This document shows positions 1 through 29,816 of a stretch of 64,000 bases of DNA, piece after piece. The stretch lies in the NCBI RefSeq assembly GCF_009914755.1, contig NC_060943.1; one strand, given 5' to 3'. The translations under genes were made by a program, and so were the position numbers. Origin of the DNA: the human T2T-CHM13v2.0 reference genome, Homo sapiens. Numbering within the stretch: position 1 is the stretch's first letter; each line of letters opens with the position of its first letter. The notes below the pieces were generated by a model that saw only the letters and a list, made by a program, of their open reading frames with translations, ran no database searches and had not been told where the DNA came from.

Positions 1-244
1 AATAAATAAAGGTCTTGGTGGAACCAGATCAGCTCTGCCACAGCTCATTATTCTGTCATTTGTTGGCACCTACTGTGTACCCAGACCTGCTCCAAGACCC
101 TGAAGGGAGGGAAAACTGTCATAGTCATTTCATAGACAGGGAGACTGGGCTCAGGGCAGATGGGAACCCCCTGAGATCACCTGGTGGACAGGGTGGAGGC
201 AGGGTCCACCTCTTCTCCTGCACCCACTTCCCACTCCTACTTAC

Positions 245-344
245 TGGTGTTAATCAGAAACTGGTTGGAGACCCCAGGATGGTCCACGTCGTGGATGGCG
301 CTTGCAAAGAGGGCAGCCAGGATTTCCAAGTCTGTGAACACAGC
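245..344 (-). CDS. PDE4C: PDE4C catalytic-domain exon (AVFTDLE...[16 protein letters not shown]); the gene continues beyond the left edge of the window
   Basis: 100-nt exon flanked by ctcag| and |gtaag; contains the PDE class I HDxxHPG signature. Confidence 0.97.
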
Positions 345-429
345 CTGAGCAGGCAGAGGGCACAGGCGGTGAGGGGCGGGTTCTCTGGGCCCTGCACCCG
401 CCCACCTGCCTGCAGTCATGGCGCAGTAC

Positions 430-594
430 CTCGAGGGCGGGCGTAGCCAGCAGCACATGCGTGGACTGGGCCACGTCGGCGGCATGTAGGCTGTTGTGGT
501 AGGCCACATTGGCGTGGTAGTGACCCTCCAGCATCAGCAGGTAGGTGGCCAGTGTGTCTGCTGGGATCTGGAATGTCTTCAGCAGGTCCCGCTC
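430..594 (-). CDS. PDE4C: PDE4C catalytic-domain exon (ERDLLKTF...[10 protein letters not shown]...PALE)
   Basis: 165 nt, ccag| and |gtactg, phase 0-0; YHNxxHAADV metal-binding motif. Confidence 0.97.
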
Positions 595-1035
595 CTGGTC
601 CATCACAGACCCTGGCTCAGGGCCTTGGCCTTGGGGCTGCAGCACACGCTGTTCCTACCCCTCTCTTCTGAACTCCTATCTATGCCTCAAGCACCTGCTC
701 CTCTGAGATGCCCTCTGTGCTCTCCTGAACTCCTCCACTCTGTGTTATTTGGTGGTCCATCCCTGACCCTACAGGACTGGGGGTGTCTCTGTCCAGCTCT
801 TCTCTCCAGATTTCTCTCCTCTTCAGGGCCAGGGGCCGGGCCAGGGCTGAGGCTTCTGGACAACAAACTGTTCATCTGAGTGAACTCCTATTCATCCTTC
901 AATACCCTGCTCAAATTATCCCCTTCAGAAATGTCAGGGAGGATTTGAAAAATGAGTGTCCCTGAGGTCTGTGGTAGGAAGCAGTGAGGGAAACCCCAGG
1001 AGTTTTTCCTTGGAAGCCAAGGGCAGGGTAGGTAC

Positions 1036-1134
1036 CTGAAAAATGCTGAATATGATAGCTGTGAGGGGCCGGTTCCCACTTAGCTCCGCCACCTTGAACA
1101 CATCAAGTCCCCACTTGTTGGTGTCTTCTAGCTC
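1036..1134 (-). CDS. PDE4C: PDE4C exon ([33 protein letters not shown])
   Basis: 99 nt, ttag| and |gtacc; translated by hand, in frame with neighbouring exons. Confidence 0.95.
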
Positions 1135-1329
1135 CTAAGATATGAAGGGCTGAAGCTTAATTAACCCCAGCCCAACTTCCCCAGACTCTAGAGCCTCCAT
1201 CCTCCCACCCCAGGTTCCACAGTGAGCCCCAACTGCCCAGTATATAGGTGGGCAAACAGGCCCGAGATAGGGCATCCAGACAGAGCCAGGGACCAAACCT
1301 TGATCTTGGCATTGTGGTTGGGGACCCAC

Positions 1330-1493
1330 CTTGGCCAGTTGCTCCTCCTGGTCAGTCTGGACCCCAAAGCGTGGGACAGTGGCTGAGGAGAGGCTGGCAC
1401 TGTGGCAGAGCCCATGTAGGCCACTGATCCGGGACATGGGCTGTGGGGCCTCCTCAGCGGTCACCTTGGGCAGCTCCACCTCGGTCTGCTGGT
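1330..1493 (-). CDS. PDE4C: PDE4C exon (DQQTEVELPK...EEQLAK), linker region 2
   Basis: 164 nt, gcag| and |gtggg; overlaps ORF 1135..1479. Confidence 0.95.
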
Positions 1494-1636
1494 CTGCGGA
1501 TGGGCCAGGGTGAAGCTCAGAGAAGCCGATTTCACCTGCTGGGGCCTGGCCTCAGGACCTGAATTTTGCCAAACCCCAGAATCAACCTATTTCCCTTTCT
1601 ACAGGAACCAAAGTAAGTTCGGAGTAAAGACCCTGT

Positions 1637-1932
1637 CGGCCGGACGCAGTGGCTCACGCCTGTAATCCCAGTGCTTTGGGAGGTCGAGGTGGGCAGATCA
1701 CTTGAGGTCAGGAGTTCGAGACCAGTCTGAGCAATACGGTGAAACCCCATCGCTACTAAAAATACAAAAATTAGTCACGTATGGTGGCAGGCACCTGTAA
1801 CCCCAGCTACTCAGGAGGCTGAGGTGGGAGAATTGCTTGAACCCAGGAGGCGGAGGTTGCAGTGGCTGAGATTGCACGACTGCACTCCCGCCTGGGCAAC
1901 AAAGTGAAACTCTGTATCAAAAAAAAAAAAAA
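1637..1932 (+). mobile_element. Alu
   Basis: ggccggacgcagtggctcacgcctgtaatccc... ending in poly(A). Confidence 0.95.
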
Positions 1933-2321
1933 GATCCTGTCTTGCCTGTAGCTGCCTACCCCTCTCCTCTGTTCACAGCTGATCTCAGTAAACCCTTCTG
2001 CTAGGCTTGGCCCCTGGGTGCCTGGGGCTCAGCATTTTCCCCCAAACAGCCTAATGTCCTTTCCGTCTCCCAAGCTAGTGTCTGGTTCCCTCCATCTCCT
2101 CCTAGGCAAATTTCTACTCATGCTTCAAAACCGTAGCTTTAATGTCCCCTGCTCCTGGAAGTTCCCCTTGTTCCTCCCTCTGATCCAGCCCTGACTCATG
2201 GGGGCTGAAGGTGTCTGTGTCTGGCTGTATCTCCCCCAGACTGAGGTCTATCATAGGAATCTTTCTTTTGTTTCTTAGTACTCCTAAAATGTCGTCCAGG
2301 CAGTGACTCAACAAAGCTCAC

Positions 2322-2415
2322 CCAGGAAGGTCCGGGAGATGTACTCGGACACCTGGTTCCCGGAGCGGCTGGTTTCGGACAGGTGGGTCAACTCCCGGTT
2401 CAGGATCCGCTTGAA
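2322..2415 (-). CDS. PDE4C: PDE4C UCR2 exon ([31 protein letters not shown])
   Basis: 94 nt, cccag| and |gtgag; conserved PDE4 UCR2 helix. Confidence 0.97.
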
Positions 2416-2498
2416 CTGGGGCGGAGAGAAGGTGAAGACCGTGATGATGGGGCACCGTGGGCCGAGGCAGGTGAGCTCAGCGATCTGCCCCACCTCAC

Positions 2499-2611
2499 CT
2501 TGTTGGAGGCCATCTCCCCCACCGAGTGCCGGGTCTGCAGCGTCTCCAACTGATCCAGGCACCAGTCCAGCTCGTCTAGCGTCTCCAATGCCAGCTTCTG
2601 CCCCGTGTCCT
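2499..2611 (-). CDS. PDE4C: PDE4C UCR2 exon ([38 protein letters not shown])
   Basis: 113 nt, cccag| and |gtgag; [11 protein letters not shown] motif. Confidence 0.97.
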
Positions 2612-2968
2612 CTGGGAGCCGAGGCAGTCAGGGGCCTGCCCAACCCCCCGCTCAGGGACCCCACGCCTCTCGCGACTTCGTCTCTTCATCTGGACCCTGA
2701 AACTGTTCCCACGGGGGCCACCCAGGACTCCTGGACCCAAGTTCCAGATCTGTTCCCCGAGTGCCTGTGTGACCATGAGATCTCTGGGCCTCAGCCTCCT
2801 CATCTGTAATATGAGTGTGGTGGGGTCCATCCCCGAGGGCGTTATTGTTTTTGCAGGGGCGGGGCTACAATTAGCCCCAGTATAAGGGGCTCATGGACTG
2901 GGGAGGTCACTATGGAAAGGAAGCTCCCAGCTGTCCTCAGCGGGGGAGGGAAGGAACAGGTACTTTAC

Positions 2969-3018
2969 CTGCAGGAGGGAGCTGATTGCTGGATGAAGGG
3001 TTTCCGACGGGTCCCTGC
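2969..3018 (-). CDS. PDE4C: PDE4C linker region 1 exon (QGPVGNPSSSNQLPPA)
   Basis: 50 nt, gcag| and |gtaaa; its phases join exons 3293-3220 and 2611-2499 in frame. Confidence 0.92.
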
Positions 3019-3219
3019 CTGCGGTACAGCAGCCTCAGGCGTGGCTGCTCCGCCCATCTCGCCCCGCCCCCAAGTCCACCAGGCCCCGCCCCTCAAACCC
3101 ACCTGGAGGCGCCGGAGCCCCAGCCTCAATTTGCAGCCCGCTTTCCGCCAGGCCCCGCCCCACCCCGCCCACCTTGTCTCTGCCGGCCCCGCCCCCGCCC
3201 CGCCCCGCCCTCTACCTAC

Positions 3220-3293
3220 TTGGCTGCTCCTAGGCATTGCTGGCGGGCAAGGGCCGCCACGTTGCTCCGAACGGTCCGCAGACTGGCCAGGAC
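3220..3293 (-). CDS. PDE4C: PDE4C UCR1 exon (VLASLRTVRSNVAALARQQCLGAAK)
   Basis: 74 nt, aacag| and |gtagg. Confidence 0.95.
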
Positions 3294-3375
3294 CTGTTGG
3301 GAGGAGGTGGTAGGCGGTGGGAAGGAGAGGCCGGATCCGGAGGGGGTCAGGGCAGGGAGGGCGGGGGACACCCAC

Positions 3376-3412
3376 CTGGGCAAAGGGCGTCACAATCATG
3401 TCCTCTCCATGT
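3376..3412 (-). CDS. PDE4C: PDE4C UCR1 micro-exon (HGEDMIVTPFAQ)
   Basis: 37 nt, gcag| and |gtggg; conserved PDE4 IVTPFAQ motif. Confidence 0.96.
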
Positions 3413-3720
3413 CTGCGAGGAGACGGGCCATCAGGGAGAGCTCTCTCCCATCTTCCAGCTTTTTACCCACACCATATGCCCTCAACTGAGGGGGTCCTGC
3501 TCTCAGGACTTCTCCTCCAGGCTCCTTCTTAGTCCCTGGGGTCCCCTCATGCGACTCTCCCTGAGACCCAGCACAGCCCCTCCAACCATTCACTCACTTT
3601 ATCGGCATCTCATAAATGGGGAAACTGAGTCCTAGGGGTAAGTAGATATTTCCCTTTTCATTATGCCTACTAGGAAGCTCAAATCAAAGTATTTCTTCAT
3701 TTGCCGCTAATTGGCCTTAA

Positions 3721-5750
<2,030 letters not shown>

Positions 5751-6626
5751 TCTCCTGTTTCTAACATGTGCGTGATGTAGCCCATCCCCGAGAGCTCTTT
5801 GAGGGGGTTACAACCGAACATCCAAAGACTGCGACTGGATGACCATATTGCAAAGGGACAAACTGAGATCTAGCTCACATGGTGGACACGTGGACTGGAA
5901 ACAGCTTCTTGGGCTCTTCTACCTGGAGGAGGCCGGGGTTCTGCCTAGCTCCTGCGTGCGCCTTAGTCTAGAGAGACCCCACTCCTAGCCAACTTGCTCA
6001 CACCCTTGGCTACCTGCCACGCCCCCAGCGTTCCAGGCTCCACCCTCAGCCCATAAGGCTCCGCCCCACGGCCGCCGACCACGCCCCCAGCTAGCCGGGT
6101 CTTGCCCTAGGCTCCCCCACTCCTCCACTTCATCTTCAGCCTGAACGTTCCGCCTGTTATCTTCCACCTCCGGGTCTTTGCACAGGCCGTGCTTTCTGCC
6201 CGGCCCACCCTCCTCCCTCTCCACACTACCTGTCCCGTTCTACCCTCAAACCCTGTCTTTCCCTCTGGCTCCTCCTCTTTGGGGTCAGAGGTCAGAGAAA
6301 GGGCGTAGGGCAAGAACTGGGGCGCTAGAGAAGGCGGTGACCTGGGGGTGGGTTTTCAAGAAGGGCAGGCGGAAGCGGCACCGACAGGAAGACAACCGGG
6401 ACCGCCTGAGACTCGGAGCTCCCGGCCGAGGGCCAGTGTCCGGCTGGTCCCGGCCAAGACTTTTGGGTCAAAGGTCACCGTATCCCCGTCCACGAGCTGG
6501 GTCGGCACCCCGCGTAGGCTCAGATCTGGGTAGAGGTGGGGGATTTGGCAGCATTCGGTCCAAGTATGACCGGGTCTGAGTTGGGTCTGATCACGTCGAA
6601 TTGGACTTGGTCACGAAGAGTTTGTT

Positions 6627-6840
6627 CGATGAGTTCGGGAGAATTCGGCTACGTCCGATTGAGCTCGGGAGACTTCGGATAAGTTCGAGCTTGTTCGCCT
6701 AAGTCCGGTTACGCTCGGTCTGCTTCGAACAAGTCCGGGTGACGCTCGGGCCGGGTCGGGCATGTTCGGTCACGTCCGGCTACATGAGGGCTAGTTCGGG
6801 CATCTCCGACTAAGACCGGCCGCGCTCGGCCTGTTCCGTC
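6627..6840. repeat. Degenerate 10-bp repeat with a nearly invariant CpG (consensus approximately NAGTTCGGNN), about 21 units
   Basis: CpGs every 10 bp from 6636 to 6736, then from 6747 to 6837 (6787 missing). Confidence 0.88.
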
Positions 6841-8376
6841 CGACTCCAGCGGGTTTAGCAGCACCGGGATGAACCCCACGGCCAGCCGAAGGGGCGGGGC
6901 TTCTTAACCCTTCCCTGGCCCGTCTGGGGTGCGCCGTGGGCGCTGTGGTGCAATGGGAGACGCTCTTAGGGGCGGACTGGAGGCGGCGGATAACCCAGAT
7001 CTGCCCCTCGACGGGGAGGCATGCGGATCGCGACCCCCTACCCCTCTCTCGGCTCTCCCCAAGGGTTCCAGAAAAGCGCGTCTGTGGACAAATAGGGAAA
7101 CTGAGGCCAGGAGCGGCCACAGGGCGTGCAAATCCGGATCCCGGGCGCGGAGGGTTAAGGACTGGGCCCGGGTTTTCTTGGGGCGGGGGAGGCTGTTTTT
7201 CTTTCTGCTCTAAACTTAGCCGGGAGCGGCGGGGTCAGGCTGTGGTTCCATGACGCGGGCGGTGCGGGGGTAGGGCCCCCCGGCTGTGGGAACGGCGCGG
7301 CTGCCCATTGGCCAGGGGGGTAAACTGAGCCAGGGAGGCTCGGACTTGGGTTCGGGTCTGGCCTGCGCGGGGCCGGCCCTCGTTCATCCTCACTTCTGAG
7401 TACCCGCGACGCGCCCTCGACGTCCCTGCGCTGTCTCTAGCGCCTTCAAAAGGGAATGTGCTTCGCTAGTGTTTGGTGCCCCGAGGTCGCTCTCCAGGAC
7501 ACGGAACCCCCACTCTCCCACTCCCTGGTTGAAATGGAACCACCAGGAACCACGGTCATACCTTCTCCCTCCAACCCCAGCTATGACCTTGGAGAGGGAC
7601 CTCCCCTCTCAGCCTTTGGGTGCCAGACTTACCAAGTGGGTGCCAATTCGGCGCGGACCAAGCGCAGGATGCCAGCCACAGTCGGCGCCCACAAGCCCCA
7701 CTCCGAACCCCAGCCTTGCCCCCATCCCTCCCCACGAGGTCACAGTCGTTTCTGGAAAGGCAGGGATTCGAACCCAGAGGGGTGGACCGAGTGCTTAGAG
7801 GATGCAGCGCAAGCAGCTGCCGGGCGCAGGCGCGCGCTCAGCCTGGGACTCCCGAACGCCCTGCCTCGAAAACCCCCTCAATTCAGGTCTTCCTCCGTGG
7901 ACACCCAGAGTTCATTGTGAGGCCCCCAGGGCATCTCTTTGCTGGCACTGGGACAGGATGCTGGTGGGAGGGGGCACCAAGGGAAGGAGTGCCCCTTCCC
8001 CCTCCTCCCACTGCCAGGACGCACAGCCTGCCTGCCCCAGGCCGGCGAGGGTCAGGAGGAGACGTGAGCCTCAGCCCGTCCCACTCTGGGCCTCACAGCT
8101 GGAAGGAGACAGACGGCTGGTCCCCTGGGCCTATATCCAGGCGGCGGGTGGAGACAGACAGAGACAGAGAGAGACAGAGTCACCAACTGCGAGACAAAAG
8201 TAGGGTAAGGTAGGGTAGAGGGAGAGAGATACAGAGAAAGCGAGGGAGAGGCAGAGCGTCCAAGCCCGGACTCCGGCCCCGGCCCCAGCTGTCCCTGGCC
8301 TTGTCCCTGTCCCTGCCCTTCCCACCTCCACACCGGGCGTCCCGGTGACCCCGCCAGGCCCTCTGTCCAGCCTCAC

Positions 8377-8522
8377 CACAGCGGATGGGCCACCGTGAAG
8401 CGCCGCTGCAGGCGGATGCTCTGATTCACCAAAAGCTTCCTGAAGAGCCCGGGGGAGCCGCGCGGGGATCCCCGAGGGGAGCCGGGCCCGGGGACCGGGG
8501 CGGGCGCGGGGGGGCCCTGCAT
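8377..8522 (-). CDS. PDE4C: Alternative first coding exon of PDE4C (MQGPPAPAP...FRKLLVNQSIRLQRRFTVAHPLC)
   Basis: ATG at 8522; phase-2 donor TG|gtgag at 8377 joins exon 4434 in frame; RRFTVAH motif as in PDE4B3/PDE4D5-type N-termini. Confidence 0.92.
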
Positions 8523-8654
8523 CGCCAGGACTGCGTGGAGGCTGGACCGAGCGCCGGCTGCGCGGGACCTTTTCTGGACAGCTGCGGGGGCGGGGCCCAG
8601 CGGGGAGGGGGCAAAGGGCGCATCGGCCCCGCCTCGAGGCCGGCGGCTCCCTGA

Positions 8655-9039
<385 letters not shown>

Positions 9040-11039
9040 TAAGATCTCAGAGCCTGGATCTTACTCAGCCTTCCTCGGCACGTCCCTGGTTAGTGCAGCT
9101 TGCTGGGCCAATAACTGCTAAAAAGTGTAGAATGAGGGAGTCAGAAAGCAAGGTGCCCAGAGAAACAGCTGTCTTGCCTTCCATTATTGAGGGCATCACC
9201 GAGGTATAGAGTTTGCCAATGTCCGATCCCACGCAATGTTTCTAATCCTCCTCTGCCCATTTTCCAGATGGAGAAACTGAGGCCTAGTGCCATCAAACAG
9301 CGCACCAGAAACTACAAACCCTTAATCCTTTGCCAAGTGGGGAAACTGAGGCTTCCATGGACGCGGTCACGGGCATGGGTCTTTGTTGCAGAAAGCGAGA
9401 CCCAAACTCAGGGCCCCCTCTCCCAGCACCCCTCCACGCAACTCCCCACGTGATCCCCCACCTGCTCTGACATTCCCCAGGCCCTGTCTCTGGATGCCTT
9501 CACCTCTCCTGCTGTCTCCTCCTAGACAAACATCCGCACATCACCTCTGCCAAGTCTTCTGTCCTGCGAAACCTCAGCCGCCCACCCCTGCCATCAGAGG
9601 GACCTCACTGTCCCAGGACTGGGGGGGGCCTCTGGTGTCTGGGAGGATTCCCAGAGTCTGTACCAGGTGCTCTACCCTCAGAATGCTGGAGTCAGGCTGG
9701 CCTTGTTCCACTTTACAGAAAAGGAAACCAAGGCTTAGCATGTGTCACACAAGGAGGAGGGACCTAGAAACAGCCATGTCACAGGCAGAGGCCCAGGGGA
9801 CCTCCCAGCAACTGAGGCCTGACCGTGCCCCTTGCTGTGGAATGACCTCTGTCTCTCAGCCTGGGCCTTCCCCCCGGGGCGGCTGCCTCAGTCTTGGTGT
9901 CCCCAGACATGGTACCCATGTTTCTGGCAGTCCTGGAGAAGCCCATTGATCAGGGATCCCACAGGAGATCCTGAGGCAACCATGCTAAGGCCAGATACAT
10001 GAGAATCTCCCCATTCTACAGATGAGAAAACAGAGGCTCAGAGGAGGAGTCACACAGCCCAGAAAAACAGAGAGCCTCAGGTATCTGGCCAGGAAGCCCC
10101 CCTAACCCCCGCAGTCTTGCAACCAGACACCTGGCGGGAACCAGACCTCGCTGTCCCCAAGACAAAAATACCATCGTTGTCTGCTGGGGCCAGACCTAAT
10201 TATAGCCATCCCTAGGGGACACATGCTGCTAGGATTGGCCTTGTGGGGACACTGGAGCCAAGGTCTCAGCAGTCTTGACACCACCTCCCCGCCACTGTGA
10301 GAGAAGTGACAATAGTTACATGTCCCCAAGGAGAAACCGAGGCACAGAGATTCAGCCCCTCCCCCAAAATCACAGACATAAAATAGGAGGCTAAGACTAA
10401 ACAAAATTATGTAAACTGAGTGCTTCAAAAACATGCAGCACTCAGCCAACAGCAGTGAAGGGAAAAGTCATTGGATTTTCAGACGAAACCTACAAAGTGT
10501 GGACTACTATTCCCATTTCGAGGATGGGGCTACTGAGGCACAGAAAGGCACAGTCATTTGCCTAAGGACACACAGCCATAAGGTGCAAGACTGGGGTCAT
10601 TTGAACCCGGACAGGTAGTGTTCTTCCCAGCCTGGGTCCTCCCGCACTGGATGCGTTAACTCATTTCATCCCCTCTGTAGTCCCAGGGGCGAGTCTCACA
10701 TTAATATTTTATCAATAGGTTTACTATTAATGTTTCATCCATATATTTAATTTTAAATATTTTATTAACAGTTCTAACAGGAAGGTGTTAATTAATAGCT
10801 GTTCGGATGGAGAAAGAGTCACAGCAAGGGGTGGCCACAGAGCCAGGACTCAGCATTCACAGCCTGGCTCCTACCAGGCCCTGGGAGGCTCTCCAAGCCC
10901 CGCTGGGTAAGGGACAAAAGCTGAAAGAGGTTTGGACAGAAGCACCCCTACCCTGACTCCATCCCTGCATTACTGCATCTCCTGTAGAGGTGCCCAGTAG
11001 TCTCTGGTGCCTTTATTTATTTTATTTTATTTTATTTAC

Positions 11040-14480
<3,441 letters not shown>

Positions 14481-14482
14481 CT

Positions 14483-14513
<31 letters not shown>

Positions 14514-14520
14514 GTGTGTG
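14483..14520. repeat. (TG)n microsatellite at an Alu tail
   Basis: Read directly. Confidence 0.95.
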
Positions 14521-14949
14521 TATTTATATCCAAGCACCCCAGGGTTACCTCGGGTGCTTGAGCTGGTCACAAACTTCCCCCACAGGCCTGCGGACATTCC
14601 ACAACCCCGAAAACCTTCGGACCCCCAGCTATGTTAGCACAAGGACAGTCACACTCAGCCACATACCTACAGGCACCACAAGGGGAGACACACAGGCACA
14701 CCCACAACTACCTGGGACACATGGAATCATACCCAAGCATGAACGTACAGGAGCACCCCAAACACATCTGGTCACCCCAGTCTCACGCGCGCGCGCGCAC
14801 ACACACACTCTTTCAGTCCCAACCGCACGTGGGCACACCCGGTCACACAGACCCACAAGCCATGATGACACCAGCACCCTCAGCTCCACCCCTACGTAGA
14901 AATAGCTTTTTCCTTCCAGGCGCCAGCCTCAACCAAGCAGCAGAGACCC

Positions 14950-15500
14950 CCGCCCCCTGGAGAAGCAAGGACCCTCCCCCACTCCCGCCAGGCCCCGCGC
15001 GCCCCTCCCCCGCGCTGCAGGAGGCCCCTGCCCCGGCCACCTACCGCCTGCAGGAGGAAACGGGCCAGGAGAGCCGCGACTTCCTGAGCTCCGGCCGCGG
15101 GCTCAGGTCCCTCTCGCGGCAGCCCGCGGACTTGTCCGGATCCGAATAGAAGCGCTGTTGGATGCGGATGGGGCGCCGGGGTTGCCGCCACAGGTGCTTC
15201 GGGGCTCTGGTCATGCTGTGGCGGCCGCGAGAGCGACTCAACCTGCTGCAAGCCTCTGCCCCTTCGCCGACCCCCAGGTTCTCCATGCGCCAGAGAAAGG
15301 GGTCTGGGATAGCAGGGAGCAGGACTCGTCCCCGTGAGCGGGCGCCGAGGAGCGTCTGCTCCCGGGTCCGGCCCAGGGCCGGGAGTGGAGGCGACAGCGA
15401 GGAGCTGTCCGCGCCGGAGGTGCTGAAGCGGTAGAAGGTGGAACTGGGGCTCAAGGTGGGGCCGACACCGAGGAGCTGTCGATGCCCAGATGGTGCTGAA
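14950..15500. promoter_or_regulatory. CpG island over the PDE4C1 first coding exon
   Basis: Dense CpG around exon 15045-15286. Confidence 0.8.
15045..15286 (-). CDS. PDE4C: First coding exon of PDE4C1 (MENLGVGEG...APKHLWRQP...RKSRLSWPVSSCRR)
   Basis: ATG at 15286; phase-2 donor CG|gtagg; PKHLWR and R-x-SWP motifs as in PDE4A4/PDE4D4-type N-termini; probable upstream acceptor at 15496/15495. Confidence 0.94.
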
Positions 15501-17241
15501 GGGTAGAACAGGGGAGAAGAACGTGGTGAGGGGGTGTTGAAGCTAGGGGCTGAAGAGACCCCCCCCAACACACCAGCCCCGAAAACCGTCTGCCGTCCCC
15601 TATAGCGCTGCATGGAAAAGAACCAAGACAAGGACTTGGAGTGGAGAAGACAGAAATTGTCCACTGATCGCTGCTAAATGGAGGGCAGGGAGACAGGGTC
15701 TCAGGAGACCCCCGGGGCCGAGACGGTGTCCCTCGCACCGTGTTGAAAGAGAAAAAGGTAGCTTTGGGTTCTCCGGGTGGATGAGACAGCGAAGAGCTGT
15801 CCGCGACCTGATGGTGCTGAAGGCAGGGGAGGGAGACCGGGGTTCAGGTGCACCCCCAGACCAGGGCGTCATCCGCCCAGGAGGTGCTGAAACATGAGCA
15901 GTGACGGGCCCTCAACCTTCCCCAGCAACAATGGCAACAAGGAGTCTGGAAGCAGTCAAGGTTCTGGTCTTCGGAGGTACGTACAGATAGCAGTCTTTCT
16001 GCCAAGCCCAGGAAGGTAGGCTCCGCGGTTCAGCCCCAGAAGGGGTCTCTTTGGAGCCCTAAAACCCCCACCCATGCCAGGCAGGGATATGAGAAGGACA
16101 GGGAAATTGGCAAGGCTGTGAGGGGGCTCCCATGTCTGGGATGGGCACACAGAGGCTACCTCTGGCCAGAGCTCCAAACAGCTACCAGTAGGGATGGGCA
16201 AAGAGGGGAAGTCAGGTCTCTCTAAGAAACATCCTAGTTCTGCTTCTAAGACCCTCCCCACCCCAAAGCCATGCTGCAGCTGAGTTGGGGGAGGACTGGC
16301 AGAAAACCCACCTTTTGTGGAAGCTCAGGACAGGCAGGAGGAGTATCTCTGAGACTCTCGTGCTTTTAAAGCCACACCAACACACAGACCCTCAGCGGAA
16401 ATGGCAGGATCTCATTCGCCCTGAGAAAGGCCCAGGCCCCACCTCACAGCCACGATTCCTGCCCTCAAACCCCAGGCCTGCCCCTCCCTCCCAGTTCTGG
16501 AAACTCAAGTCTCCACCCACCAGGCGTCTTAGTCTCAGGGGTAATTTCCTGGGAAGTGCAAGGATGGGTAAGAACATTTTCCATCATGGTTAACTGAAGT
16601 AGGCATGAACAGCAGCAGGGCTGGGCGGGTGAGTGTGGTGCAGAAAGAGGTGAGATTTTGTACTCCCAGGGTCATGACTTGGTGGAGGCCTCCTGTGGGC
16701 TCTGGGCTTGGGCAGGGAGGCATTTAAGGCCATTAGGGTGCCTCTTGCTGCATCAGATTTGAGAAGAGCCCCGATGTTTTTGGAAGTCTCAGAAGCACTC
16801 AACAAGGTCTTTCCCATGGAGACCATCTCCCAGTGACCCCAGCCATGTCCCCAGGTTGGAGAAAAGGAAAACATTTGGGCCAGGATGTCAGACAGACTGA
16901 ATTCAAGCCCCAGTACCATCATGTCTTGCTGTGTGACGCATGACAAATGACTCCCTCTCTGTTCTATGCTTGGGTGGTTCAGTCCCTGTTCTCCACCCCC
17001 CCACCACTCCCAAGAACTGACTGTGGGAGACAACTTGGCTCAATGGTGAGGGACATGGTCACTGGCTGGCTCTGTCACTTCCCCTCCCAAAGTCTTTTTT
17101 TTAAATATTCTGGAAAAGAGGAATAATAATGGTGTCTCCAACTCTTGGCATCATTGCAAGGACTAAAAGTGATGCCAGATGTAAAGGGTCTGAGACCAGG
17201 AGCTGTGCATACCAGTGCCCCCTCTCCCCAGCTCCTGCTAG

Positions 17242-29680
<12,439 letters not shown>

Positions 29681-29755
29681 GCTCTGGGTATTTCTCAGTA
29701 GAGGGTCTCTGGGATCTCCCCACCATGGCCTGGGCCACCCCCACCCCCTACTCAC

Positions 29756-29816
29756 TTCACTCAGCAGGAAGGAGAGTGTTGTCCTGCTGTGCCTCATGCT
29801 GCTGGCATCTGTGGCC
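29756..29816 (-). other. PDE4C: Start-codon exon of the ancestral super-long PDE4C isoform ([17 protein letters not shown] at 29797)
   Basis: atttctgcag| acceptor, 14 codons, GAA|gtgagt phase-0 donor; resembles recalled mouse MRRSGTALSFLWTE and the 14-codon start exons of PDE4B1/PDE4D7. Confidence 0.8.

Noticed and set aside
6627-6840. CRISPR-like or tRNA B-box (GTTCG) interpretation of the 10-bp array
   Set aside because: No repeat-spacer organisation, no cas genes, no cloverleaf; eukaryotic context.
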